Shown: in pieces, positions 11,935-24,542 of the stretch
How the letters are laid out: the number at the start of each line of letters is the position of its first letter
How positions within the stretch are numbered: the stretch's first letter is position 1
Source of the DNA: Ministeria vibrans ATCC 50519
Taxonomy: Eukaryota > Protista > Filasterea
Length of the DNA: 64,000 nt
Assembly (NCBI GenBank): GCA_943704425.1
Contig: CALSCP010001656.1
Span: 62,001 to 126,000, forward strand
Direction: 5' to 3'
Notes under the pieces: model-generated
Databases searched by the model: none
What the model saw: the letters and a program-made list of their open reading frames with translations, nothing else
Told to the model about the DNA's origin: nothing
Position numbers and translations under genes: made by a program

Positions 11935-13800
11935 ATGAAGGGTGTTGTGACTGCGCTGTTGATAGCTCTAGTGGTGGTACGAGGGTTTGTTGACATTTCG
12001 TCGAAAAACGACACTCTCACGTCACTCCGGCAGCCTCACGGCCTACTGACACTCTCCACCGCTGAAACACCACGTTCTCAGCAGACTGTGCGCGCTGCAG
12101 CGGACGCCAAGGGGTATTTTTTGAGGGAGGCGGCGGAGAAGGAAAACGCGCGATGTCTGGATGGGACGCCGGGCGTGTACTACCATCGGCCGGGCAGCGC
12201 CGACGGGACCCGCAAGTGGTATATCCACCATCAGGTAAGGCGCCATTGAGCGTTTTGATTTGTGATTGATTGGTATGATTTTTGTATTCTTCTTGTAATG
12301 TCTTGTTTTGACATGAAGTACAGCTTTCGATTATCTATTTACTTTCTAACTGTTATTGTAATTGTAATTGTTATTGTTATTGTTATTGTTATTGTTATTG
12401 TTATTGTTAATATTTGTTATTGTTGTTGCTATTGTTATTGTTATTGTTAATATTAATTGTTATTGTTATTGCCACTGTTGGTTTTTGTCGTTTTCTTCTT
12501 ATTGTGTAATGGGACTATTTATGTTTCTAAATTTTCTTGTAGGGAGGGGGTTGGTGTGAGTCGTTGGAGCACTGCCATCATCGCGCGCAAAATCACTATG
12601 GATCCTCCAAAACGTATCCTATGGAAACCAATTTGAACCTGCGACGTGGGTACTTCTCATCAAATTCCGACAAAAACCCTCAAATGTGAGTTTGTCCAGA
12701 GTGTCATGCGAATAACGAACGATATTGATGTTATCACTTGCCATTTGCCAAGGTACAACTGGAACACCGTCTTTATCCGCTACTGCGACGGCGGATCATT
12801 CACAGGCAGCAATTCCTCGACAACAATCGTACAGGGAATGGAGCTGTTCTTCCGCGGCAAACACATTCTCAAGGCAGTCATTGACGATCTACTTGACAAT
12901 CGAGGCCTCAGCAACGCCACGGACGTTGTTGTGAGCGGCTGTTCAGCAGGCGGACTTGCAAGTACTTTACTCATACACCTCAACCACTCAATGTGACACT
13001 CCCTTCCCCTATCCGCCTCTCCCTCTCAGCATATCTTCATCTGGACCATTGGGCGTCGCGCATGCCCCCCACTGCCAAAGTGCGCGGGCTACCGGACAGC
13101 GGGTTCTTCGTAGACCACGAAGGCCCGCCCCACTACCACTCGGCCATGCACTGGCTCTTCTACCACATGAACAGCTCGTCTGCCGTTAACTCCGCCTGTC
13201 TGCGCGCCCACTCCTCTTCAAACGACCCCCACAAGTGTATTTTTGCTCAATACGCCGCTCCTCATATTCAGACGCCCTTCTTCCCGCTCCAGTCTCAATA
13301 CGATGCCTGGCAAGTCGGCTTTGATCTTGGAGTGCCCGTAATCCATTTCTTTTTCAAACAATACTATATTGCATCTCAATCACTGTTCTGTAGACGAGCG
13401 ATATTTCCACCATCAACGAATGGGGCAGAAACATCACGGCTTTAATTCGCTCCACTGTGCTGAATCGACCGCAAAACTCTGTGTTTCTCGATAGGTAAAC
13501 AAACAATTTCAAATAAGTCATGTTAATTCTTTTGGGGTTTTTTTAATGCATTGTGTGTGTGTCTTTTTTTTTACAGCTGCTTTCATCATTGCGGAGAGTG
13601 GGAGTACGCCTTCAAAATCATACCCATAATATGACATAGTTTGGTAATTCGTGAGGATTAATAATTGTTTCGTTATTAGTTCGATTCGGATTGATGGGAA
13701 ACTGTCTGCAATGGCCTTCCAAGAGTGGTATGATGGCACGAGTGCTGCGCGGTACATACAGAACAAGCCTTATGAGTGTTTTGAGTGTTGCAGACCATAA
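11935..13800 (+). CDS. Secreted pectin acetylesterase / Notum-family carboxylesterase
   Basis: ARCLDGTPGVYY, HQGGGWC, YNWNTVFIRYCDGGSF, nucleophile GCSAGG, DSGFF, QYDAWQ, DSCFHHC. Confidence 0.93.
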
Positions 13801-13911
13801 GTAAAACATTATGTAACTTACGTGTTGACAAGATTTGTTGACTATATTTCCTTTAGTCTTTACTCAGCACTCACTTTAAAATTTAAATAACTTTGTTTTG
13901 AGCTGAGAAAC

Positions 13912-14158
13912 ATGGCGTGGTGCTGGTACATTGCGGGCGCGTACGCAACCCTCTGCCTTCTCGTCCACGTCTGGCGCAAAGGTTTGTTGTTTTCGCTTTC
14001 TCTCTGCTCTGCCGTCCTCCCCTGCGTCCTGTGGCGCACACACTTGCCTCATGAGCATAGAAAGTCTAGTTGCACGTTCGTTCCGGGTCTTCGTGTCCAC
14101 CGCGATTGCGTTCTTGTCCTCTTATTCTTCTCGTTCTTGATGAGCTGTTGTTCACGCA

Positions 14159-14195
<37 letters not shown>

Positions 14196-15467
14196 GCTTA
14201 GCGATCAATCGACTGGACGTCAAGGACAAGCACGTGATGGTGACCGGCGGAAGCGAGGGTCTTGGCCTTGCTGTGGCGAGCCAGCTGGCAAGCATGGGTG
14301 CGCGTGTGTCGCTGGTGAGTCGTTCGGCGCACAAACTTGAAATGGCCAAGAGTCAAGTTCGCGCGGCCGGCACAAACCAGAGGTACGACACACGACGCTC
14401 AGTGAGGCGCTGGCGGACGGGCCGCTCCTCCAAGCAGTGCACTCTAACACGCACCTTCTTCTTCTTCTTCTTCTTCTTCTTCTTCTTCTCTCTCTACCGT
14501 CTCGCTCTCACAGTGGTGACCGAGTCACAGTGCATCCGTGTGACGTGACCGACTTTGACGGCGTGAAGTCGGCTGTTGCAGCCGCCAACACAGCGCACGG
14601 ACGACCCACTGACTTTGTTGTGTGCTGTGCTGGTCTCGCCACGCCCGGCTGGTTTATCGAGCAAGACATTAGCATTTTTCGTCAAATGATGGGTAAACAA
14701 TGGGGGTTTTTGTGCGGTGATGCACACTCAAACATTCTGCTTCCTTTCTTCTTTAGATGTGAACTACTTTGGAACAGTGCACACACTCAAAGCGGCTCTT
14801 CCCGCTATGATTGAAGCAGACAACCACGGCCACTTGGTGCTGGTCAGCTCAGCGGCGTCACTTGCTGCCTTTGTCGGTTACACACAGTACAACACACACA
14901 TACACACATACATACACAATATTGCAATGAACTTTGTGTGTCACTGACGGACTTTTTCATGTCTTTTTTGTTTTGTTCAAGGTACGCCGCTTCAAAGTAT
15001 GCTGTGCGTGGATTGGCGGATGCGCTGCGTAACGAAGTGATTGCGTATGGGATGAAAGTGACACATTTTATGCCAAGTAACATCCAAACGAAAGGTAAAG
15101 TGAATACGATCGAATAAGATTGCATCTGGGATACTTTTTTTTAACTTTTTTTGATGTGTGAATAGGCTTTGAGAATGAGAACAAGACGAAACCGCAAGAG
15201 TGCAAAGACATTGAAGGGAGTGCGGACATGTTTACGGCGGAGAAGTGCAGTGCGTCGCTGGTGACTGGACTGCGCAACGGAGACTATGCCATTGCCAACG
15301 AGGCACTGATTGACATTCTGCGGGTGGGGACGGGAGGAGTGACACCACGCACCAATGTGTGGTTGGAGGTGGTGGTGGCCCCGCTGGCAGTCGTGGTGGG
15401 CTGGGGGTTCCGCTGGTGGACCGACTATGTCGTGTCCAAAGGGAAGGGAAGCAAGAAGAGCAAGTGA
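13912..15467 (+). CDS. KDSR: 3-ketodihydrosphingosine reductase (SDR)
   Basis: N-terminal TM, VTGGSEGLG, VNYFGT, LVSS, YTQYAASKYAVRGLADALRNE, GFENENKTKP, C-terminal TM. Confidence 0.92.
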
Positions 15468-15560
15468 GCGCACTCGACTATGTGTGTCTTTGTGTGTACG
15501 TGTCTGTGTGTTTGGACATTAAAACAATAAAATATAATAATAATTGACTTTTGCGGACGT

Positions 15561-16821
15561 TTACTCAAAGTCATAGAGATACGCCCATGTGTATGTGGTG
15601 ACGTGTGTGGGGGATGGGTCGCTGGGCTGGTACGGCGTAGACTGGTTTGCAGGGAAGGCATTGGGGCACTGTGCGTCTTCGCCACAGCGCCACTTGAGCG
15701 ATAGTGACTCGCCGAACAGCAGAGGGTCGTTCTCGAACATCTTGTAAGCGGTCATGTTGCCTGGCGCCGCCTTGTTTGTCAGTCCCGAGTTTGCCATGTG
15801 AAACTCTCCTGCGTTGAAGTACTACGTCGACAGGGTTATACATTTTCTGTGTCCTATGTGAGCCGTACGTATGCAGAGAGAAAGAAATCCTCTGTTCCAG
15901 ACGAGAGCCACAGAGTGGGCTGGGCGTCGATTTCGGCACGCACACACGCCTCGAGATAGTGGTAGGTAGCACTGGCAGCACTGATCATCACCTGGAAGAC
16001 CATTCCGGCAGTGTCGTTGGTCTCCATGAGAGTCAGAAACTCGAGTGGCTTCAGTGTGACCTGCTCATTCTTGAAGAGACGCAGACGCGCATTGGAGGGC
16101 AGTTGGAGGTCTCCGACAACCAGAGGATAGTTTTCGACGCCACGAACAATGTACCAGAACTTGCCTGTGGTGGGCGTTGTTGCCATGATCTGCAGATGGA
16201 GAACGAGAGAGGAGACACAACAACAACGTAAACAAAGAGAAGTCGCATGTCTGTGCGCTCACTCGAATGCTGCTGCGGAAGGGGATACGGTAGGTGTTGT
16301 AGATCCCACCGTCGGCAGCATGGGCAATGCGGTTGGTGCCCCACGGGAGCGTCTTTGCCTCGGTTGCCTCGTCGGTGCCAATATTATGCGCAAGGAACTG
16401 AGATCATTGAATAAGAATTCAAATTTGTTTGTTTTTGGCGGATAAGGTCGTGAGTCGCGCTTGAATGAGTGGGTGAATGTACGTTGTACCAGGTTAAAGT
16501 CAAGGCTTGCCACCGTCTCGCCATCGATGTATATCTGAGAAATGAGAAATCAGTTGAATTGTTTGTTTTGAAATGTTCGTTTGTGCATTTTGCACTCACC
16601 TGAATCCGTGTGTGTGAATTCATCTCGGGTTTTCCCGTGAACCACTGCTCTGTGATCACGCCAGGCGACCCTGCATGCTCAAAGAGCAGCTTCGGGACGT
16701 TGGCTTGCATTGCGCCTGCTTTGATCGCCGCTCCAATTGTGCGCATGTCGCGCGTGACAGGGACCGCTGCACGCGTAAGAACGCACGAGAGCCCAAGTAC
16801 AAGGCTGAGGATGGTGATCAT
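15561..16821 (-). CDS. Secreted DUF2961-family protein (GH172-related)
   Basis: Signal peptide; PGVITEQWFTG, IYIDGE, GGIYNTYRIPF, LEACVRAEID, SSGTEDFFLSAY, TAYKMFENDPLLF. Confidence 0.75.
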
Positions 16822-16873
16822 GTAACAAAGAAAGAGAAAGAGAGAGAAAAAAAAAAGATGAAGTTTATTCACT

Positions 16874-19509
16874 TTATTCGTTCTTGCGATCTTGAGAGGG
16901 ACGTGACATGATCGAAAAGGGATAGATGTCCATATGTGCACAAATGTCATACACCTAAAGCATAATACAAAAGTGAGAACCATTCAAGACATGAGAGAAA
17001 AAAAATGAATGAAAGAGGAGAGTGATAGAGAGAGAAAGTAAGTGATAGAGAGAGAAACAAAGTGATAGAGAGAAACAAAATGATAGAGAGAGAGAGAGAA
17101 ACGAAGCGATAGAGAGAGAAAGTAAGTGATAGAGAGAGAAAGTAAGTGATAGAGAGAGAAACAAAGTGATAGAGAGAAACAAAGTGATAGAGAGAGAGAG
17201 AGAGAAACGAAGCGATAGAGAGAGAAAGTAAGTGATAGAGAGAGAAAGTAAGTGATAGAGAGAGAAACAAAGTGATAGAGAGAAACAAAGTGATAGAGAG
17301 AGAGAAACAAAGCGATAGAGAGAGAGAATGAAGAAAGGAAAAAGTATTAGAAAGAGACTTACGACGCCAACACAATAGTATGAATGGTAGGCCAAAGCAA
17401 TGAAGAAGAAGGAGAGCATTGCAACGTGCGAGTCAATGGACGGGACAAGCGCAGACGGACTCAGTTTGAAGAGCTAAACATACAGAACTCAGTATAAAGA
17501 TATAACAATTATATTATATTATATGCGTCTGATTAAATGTGGCTTACAATGGCAATGGCAATAGGAAGCAGGAGAACCATCGAGGGGAAAGGGGAGAAGC
17601 GCTGTGCAGTCATCTGATCAACAATGAGACGGCAGGACATGTGTGCAAAGCAGACGGCCATGGCAAGAAAGAAGAGCCGACGGTCGGATGAGTAGACGGA
17701 CGGGAAGTGGTGCAGAAGCAGCGCAAACAGACCAGTCTGAAGCAAACAATACAATCCGAGAGAAAGTGAGAGAAAAAAAAAAGAAAAAATGAACACACAG
17801 TGACAAAGGATAAAAAAGAACACAATAATTATTAGTGATAAATAGAGGGAGAAAAGGAACAAAAATAATTCACTTAATTTTCTACCATTGAGAGAAAGGG
17901 CACAAGCGGAGTGAGTCCGTGCACAAAGGAACACTTGGGCGACTCACACGTCACAATGTTTGCCAGACACTGAATGGGCTGTACAATGATAAACCCACTC
18001 GCAAGCAACACAAAACACCAGATTAGACTCAAAGACGACCCAAAGAAAGGAACAGGCACAGGAAGTTCAAACGAAACCTATTAAAAATGATCATCATCAA
18101 TCAATCTCACTCGTTAATAACATTGCTTCTTACTTGCCAAAAGGACAAATGTTTGAATGACGTCACAACAAAACAGATTGTAATCAACACTTGACTGATG
18201 TCGTAGGCCCAAGGAAGAAACAATTTTCCTACGTTTGGCAAATAGTTAAAAAGTGTGTTCTTTTCTTAACCCCTCTCGTTTTTTTTTCTTTTCTTCCAAC
18301 CAGTATTATATTTCTCCCAATGCGACAAATAAAAGGAGCCCATAATGCCGATAGAGAGCACAAAGGTAAACCACATGTCGTGTGTGATCCCAAACATTTG
18401 CACCATGGCAATGAAAATCAACATTGTGTTGGCACTGTCCAATCCGTGGTCCTATTTGTAACAGTGTTATATTGTAATTATGAATTCGTTGTTGTTGATT
18501 ACCATGAGTTCGCCCAAGGGAGTGCTTGAGCCGGTGCGACGGGCCTGTTTGCCGTCCATGCCGTCGAGCCAGTGTGCCGCCCACTGGAAGACGGCGGCCG
18601 CGAGCCACACGCAGCTGGGGATGACGGCGTGTGTGTTGTTGCTCGACTGCAAATCTCGCATGAGTACAATGTACATACATAACTTGGAATTGTGTTGTGC
18701 GTGTTTTTATTTTTGTGGTACCGAGACGGCAGCTTGCATGTCATAGTCGTAGTAGGCGAGCATGGCAACGTTGAGGGAGAGCAGCACAAACCCGGCCACT
18801 GTCATGACGTTGGGTGCGAGCCACTTGGGCATGTACTGCACAAAGTGGTTCCACAGTGGGTGCATCACATACACAGCCAAGGGCGACTACATAACAATAA
18901 TAATAAGAAAATAAACAGATTATTTATTTAAGAAGAGTAAAATATTAATGAATAATAACATAATAACATTATCATAATAAATCAATGAGTAAAGTGACGT
19001 ACAATAAAATGAACACAAAAGCATACAACCAATACTAATAATAGGAGAATTGCGATACGTCTTACGGCTATGCGGCTGTTTGTGAGCGAAGATGCGATTC
19101 TGGCGAAGATATGACTGTTTGAAGAGAGATTTTGATCGCAAAGTCTCATTGGAGACCATCGACAGCAACGACAGCGCACGGCATTGCAACGGCAGCAACA
19201 GCCATGCCTAGACGAGTCACAGGACACGCAGACGGCGTTGCTGGCGAGCGCAGACGCACAGACAGAACACACTTTTGGGGGTTTCAGTCGCACATTTCAC
19301 TCGCTCTCTCCTCACACACACATCCACCAAGCGCCAGCGCTCTGCACCAACGCTATTTGCTACACACACCCATCCAACTCACCGTGTCCTCGGCATTGTA
19401 GCGGTACTTGCTCAGTCCCTACTCACAAAAAACAAAGAGCAAAAAAGATCAAAATAGCAAAGTCACAATCGTTTCGGACCTGCAACGCTTCAAACGACAC
19501 TGCCGGCAT
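16874..19509 (-). CDS. CEPT1: Choline/ethanolamine phosphotransferase (CDP-alcohol phosphatidyltransferase)
   Basis: Spliced N-terminus MPAVSFEALQ|GLSKYRYNAEDT|SPLAVYVMHPLWN, PKWLAPNVMT, signature LDGMDGKQARRTGSSTPLGELM|DHGLD. Confidence 0.93.
17021..17325. repeat. Intronic composite minisatellite of about 18-22-nt units (AAGTGATAGAGAGA[GA]AACA / AAGTAAGTGATAGAGAGAGA)
   Basis: Tandem degenerate units with no unique spacers, inside the last CEPT intron. Confidence 0.9.
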
Positions 19510-19804
19510 TGCAAATAGAAAACGACTCAAAAAGAAAGGGAGAACTGCGCTGGGTCCGGTCGGTGTGAGAGCGGGAACAGACTACAGATCGGGAGAAACA
19601 ATCAAACTCGAATGATTGAATTTTGAATAAATATTTCCAATTTTGGATGGACGCGCCCGGTCTTGTTGCTCAACACTCAAGAGTCAAGAGTTAAGAACTA
19701 AGATTGGTTGAGTTTGGTACAATCGATAAAACGTTATCGTTTGAATTGGATTAGTTATATCAGTTTCACAGTTTCAGTTTGTTTCATACGTATGCACACA
19801 TAGT

Positions 19805-22800
19805 ATGCTGCGCACCCTTGTGTTAGTGCTTGCCATGGCCTTGCTGGCGCCTGCCTCGGCGCCATGGGGTCCTCCCAGCCATTTGCGCGTTGATGCGATG
19901 ACGTCACCGGCCACAGCTGCCTCCTCGACGCCCTCCTTCTCCTGGCGCGTCTCTGGCCCGCCTGGAGCACTCATTGCATCCTGGAAGATTGTTGTGCGCG
20001 AGGCCGTGTCGAATGCCGTTGTGTGGGCGTCGACGCAGAAGGTACAGTGTTTTTTCGACGATTCACCCACACACACAGACACAACAAACAAACAAACAAA
20101 CAAACACACTCTCTCTTCCTGTGCAGGTGAACGGCCGCGACGTGCAGCATTACCAGACGGTCTACGGAGGCGAGCCGCTGCGGCCCATGTCGCGGTACAG
20201 CTGGACCGTGGCGTGCAGCAGCGAGGCGGAGGCGTCGACGGAGAGCGCCGAAGCGACGTTCTACACACAGCTGAGTGTGGACGACTGGAGCGATTCAGTG
20301 TGGCTCGCCGGAAACCACACGGACACGCCGGCCGAGCGGACGCCCAACAACCTCTTTCGTAGCACCTTTGCCGTTCGAGCGGGCACCATTGTGCATGCGC
20401 GCGCCTACGTGGCCGGCCTCGGCCTGTACCATCTGTTTGTGAATGGTGCGCGCACCAGCGATGCCATGCTCGCTCCCGGCTGGACCACCTACGCCAAGGT
20501 ACTCTTTCAAATGAAATACGCTAGAATATCGAAATATACGTTTCAAAGATAGAATAAATTATTATATTATGTTGTTTCACTCAGCGCGTTGAGTATGTCA
20601 TTGAGGATGTGACGTCGCTTGTGCAGTCAGACGCACGCAACGCACTCGGAGTCATGTTAGGGGTCGGCTGGCGCGACTCTCGCTACTACGTCAATCGCAA
20701 CGCAGGTGTGCTCAAGCCCCAAACTGAGGTGAGGCCAACAATGTGAAGGTTGGCTGTATGCACCCTTGACTGTCTCTGTTGTGCATAGCGTTGTCTTCGA
20801 CTGGTGCTTGTCATTGACTTTGACGATGGCACACAACAGAAGATTGTGTCGAACAACGAAACTTTCTTCACGGCAGCCGGGCCCGTCACAATGGACTCGC
20901 TGTACCTGGGCGAGACATACGATGCGCGTCTGGAGCAGGACAAGTGGGCGGAGGCGTCGTTTGACAAGGCAGACTGGGCGCACGCAGTGCGCGTCGATGG
21001 GCCCAGCCGAGCGACACTTTCTGCACTCTCGCAGCCACCCGTGCGCGTTTCGCAGGTTCTGCCCTGTGTGAAACTTACCAGCCCCAGTGCAGGAGTGTAC
21101 GTGTTTGATTTTGGACAGAACTTTGCGGGCGTGGGTCGGCTGCGCGTGACCGGTCCAAAGGGGCAAACGGTGACACTACGCTATGCGGAAATCATGAACG
21201 ACACACACAATGGGGAGATCTCACAGGGGAATTTGCGCGCGGCCATCTCCACCGATCACTATACGCTCAAGGGCGATCCCAAAGGCGAAGTGTACACTCC
21301 TTTTTTCGCCCAACACGGATTCCGCTTTGTCGAGGTACAACATTGATTGGTTGTGTCGCCTGAAGTGGTCATTTGCTCTTTTGTTTTTTGTTTTGTTTTG
21401 TTTTGTGATAATCAGGTGACAAACTATCCGGGAAACATCAGCGAGAGGTCACTGGAGGGACTGCACTTTCACACGCAGGTGGGTTTGCGCGGTGATGTGT
21501 CGTTCGAGGGCGGATCTGCGTCCGTTCTCAATGGAATCCACAAGTCCATCGTGTGGGGTCAGCGATCGAATCTTATGAGTCTCCCAACGGATGTAAGCAA
21601 GCAGAGAGCAGACCTTCTCGTCAAGTCCGGGCGTCGTGGGCTCCGGCGACGACTTTTACCAGCTGTCGTCNNNNNNNNNNAAGAAAAAAAAAAAAAAAAA
21701 AAACAATGTTGTGTGCGTGTGTAGTATAGACGTATTTTAACAACGCTTTGCTTTGACTGATATCTATGTACACTTTGTTTTAGTGCGATCAGAGAGACGA
21801 GCGCCTCGGCTGGATGGGCGACACATCTCTCTCTTCCGAGCTATTTGGGATCAACTTTGAAATGGGGGCCTTCTTTCGACGCTATGCGGAGCTTATTCGT
21901 GACGAACAGGTCGACCTTCATCTGAGAGAAAGGAGGGGAAAAAAAGAGGGAGAAAGGGGGGAGACCATGTAGTGATTGAGAAAGAGAGAGAGAGAGTGTG
22001 TGTGTGTGTGTGCGGGTGTGTGTGTGTGTGTGCGGGTGGGAGAGACATAAAAGAGGAGATAGAAAAAGATGGGAGAGAGAAACAAAGTGAGAGAGAGGGT
22101 AGAAACGTTGGAGAAATATCCAAACTTGGGAAGAAGGAAGGAATAAGAGATTCAAGGGATACTGACCGAGTAAATATTTTATATTCTTAGGATTCGGACG
22201 GGTCAGTTCCGGACATTGTTCCGTGGGTGAATGGAGGACGACCGGCCGACCCGGCGTGGGGAGCAGCGTATCCACAGGTAGTTCATTGTGTACACACATA
22301 TTGGTCACACTAAGACACACACACGCACACACACCGTAGCTTGTTTACACTCTTATGGTGTACTATGGTGATACGTCTACCGCAGCAAGTCATTTGGACA
22401 ACCTTGTGGCCTATTTGAATGGTCTTAAGGCGCTCGTCGCAAAGAGCGGTCTTAAGAATATGTTTTTCCATTACGGGTACCGATAAACTGTGGTGTTTGC
22501 AGTCCGTCTTATCCGCCTCTCTGTTTCGTTTCCAAACCCAAAGGGATTGGGTTCCGCCTCCGCCTGCGCCTAAAATGCTGAGTGCGGAACTGAGTGCCTT
22601 TAACTACCTTCTGAACATTGAGCAAGTGGCATACATTGCGTCGCGTGTGGGTCGTATCGATGTTCATTCGGAAATGAGTGCTCTGGCGCAGAGTGTGCGC
22701 TCTGACTTTACCAGTGCCTTTTATGCCAACGGAACATACGTGAGTGGTCTTCAAGGCGAAATTGCGCTGCCACTGTTCCTTCAAAACGTCAACAGTGCGT

Positions 22801-23174
22801 CGGAGTACCACACTCTGCTTGACTCGCTTGTTCACGATATATCAGTGACACACAAGGGCCACTTCACAACGGGCATCAGCAGCACCAAGTTTATGATGCA
22901 GGCACTGCCCATGTGGGGAAAAGCGAGTGTAGCGCTTGAGATTGCCGAGAAGAACGATTACCCTAGCTGTACGTCATGTTTGGTGGGAAAGTCATTGAGG
23001 TCATTGAGTGTTCGGTTGTGTTTGTTTGTTTTTTAGGGGGATATATGATGTCGAATACACTTGAGCCTGCCACGACCATCTGGGAGTTGATGGATGCGCC
23101 GTTTGAAGGAAACTCGATGAACAGTCGAAACCATCACGTAAAGACTCTAACCGTATCAGCGAATCTTATTCACT

Positions 23175-23208
<34 letters not shown>

Positions 23209-24368
23209 CGTTGNNNGTGGCTCGAGGGAAAAGTGTTACCTGTAGCGCCATTTGTTGTAGTACTCGTTGGTCAGATGTGGAGTTCTGTTGGGTTGACATT
23301 TTACGAGCACTTTTTAGGCCTTCAACCTGACAAGTCGCGACGATTGGGTTATGTGGATTCTGTGATGCGTCCAGGAATTGTCAATGGTCTCTCGTCAGGT
23401 ACGCGAAATTCATCCCCCGTACACCGATTCCGTATCGGTCGCATCTTACTTTCACTTTGTCTTTCATAGCGAGCGGGTTTATTGACACGGCGCATGGCAA
23501 TGTGTCACTGTCATGGAGTCGCAGTGGAGGGCGGCAGTGTGGACGGGGTGCTGAAGGTCATGCGGTGCGTGTGATGTGCGGTGGACGTGGCGGGGTGATT
23601 GAGCGCGTGTTGTTTGCGAGCTTTGGACGAGCTCAGGGCACGTGTGGAAGCTATGTGGAGAGTGTGGACTCACATGCTCCTGCGTCGATGGCAGTTGTGG
23701 AGGCAGCGTGTGTGGGCAAAGAGTCGTGTGTGTTGGATGCGAGTGCCGATGCGTTTGGTGCCTCTTTATTGGAGACAGATGAACGTCGATGGCTGGCGGT
23801 GGAGGTGCAGTGCAGTGAATTTGAAGCGTCGCTTGAAGTGGACACACGAGTGCCGTTGGGCGGTGAGAGCACAGTGGTCTTTGAGATTGCGGGGTTAGCA
23901 GACGCTACCATTTCAGCTGGCGGCAAGAGTGTGTGGGCTCACGGGCAGTACACCCCTGGGGCAATGGGTGTGCTCTCGGCCGAGCAAGATACTGCGATGC
24001 AAACCGTCTCTGTGCGCACCAGCTCGGGTACCTATGCGTTTGTGCTATCCTCGGGCTCACCCGGTGAGCATGTTTGTGCCATGAGTGATACCGACACACT
24101 GACCGTCGCATGCATCGGCAAGACGCGTGCCATTTCGGCCATTACGTTTGCATCGTATGGTGCAGTCAATGGCACGTGCGACAACAGCACAGGATACGCA
24201 CGACGCCATCCCGTGTGCCACGCACCCTCACTGCGCACTCTTATTAACACACACTGTGTGGGTCGCACAGAGTGCCGTGTTCAGCTCAACGCCATGGACA
24301 AATGGCTCAGTTCTGCTGTTGACTGTCCCTCTCATGCGAATGCTCTTGTGCATGTCATTTGCGTTTGA
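19805..24368 (+). CDS. Secreted alpha-L-rhamnosidase (GH78) with two SUEL/galactose-rhamnose-binding lectin domains
   Basis: ARAYVAGLGLY, LAPGWTTY, YLGETYDAR, VFDFGQNFAG, HGFRFVEV, PTD|CDQRDERLGWMGD, ATTIWE, SRNHH|MW; lectin motifs IERVLFASFGRAQGTCG and ITFASYGAVNGTC. Two small N gaps lie in introns. Confidence 0.93.
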
Positions 24369-24542
24369 TTAACACACAAAAACCACAATGAAAGTGAACT
24401 CAAACTCTATTCAACACGTAATTTTGTTTCGAATACCAATAATAATAATAATAATAATAATAATTATTATTATTATTATTATTATTACTACTACTACTAT
24501 TATTATTATAAGAATTAAAAAAAGACTAAGAAAAAGTGTGTA

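Noticed and set aside
17021-17325. CRISPR-like appearance of the repeat array
   Set aside because: No unique spacers, no cas genes, and it lies in a eukaryotic intron.
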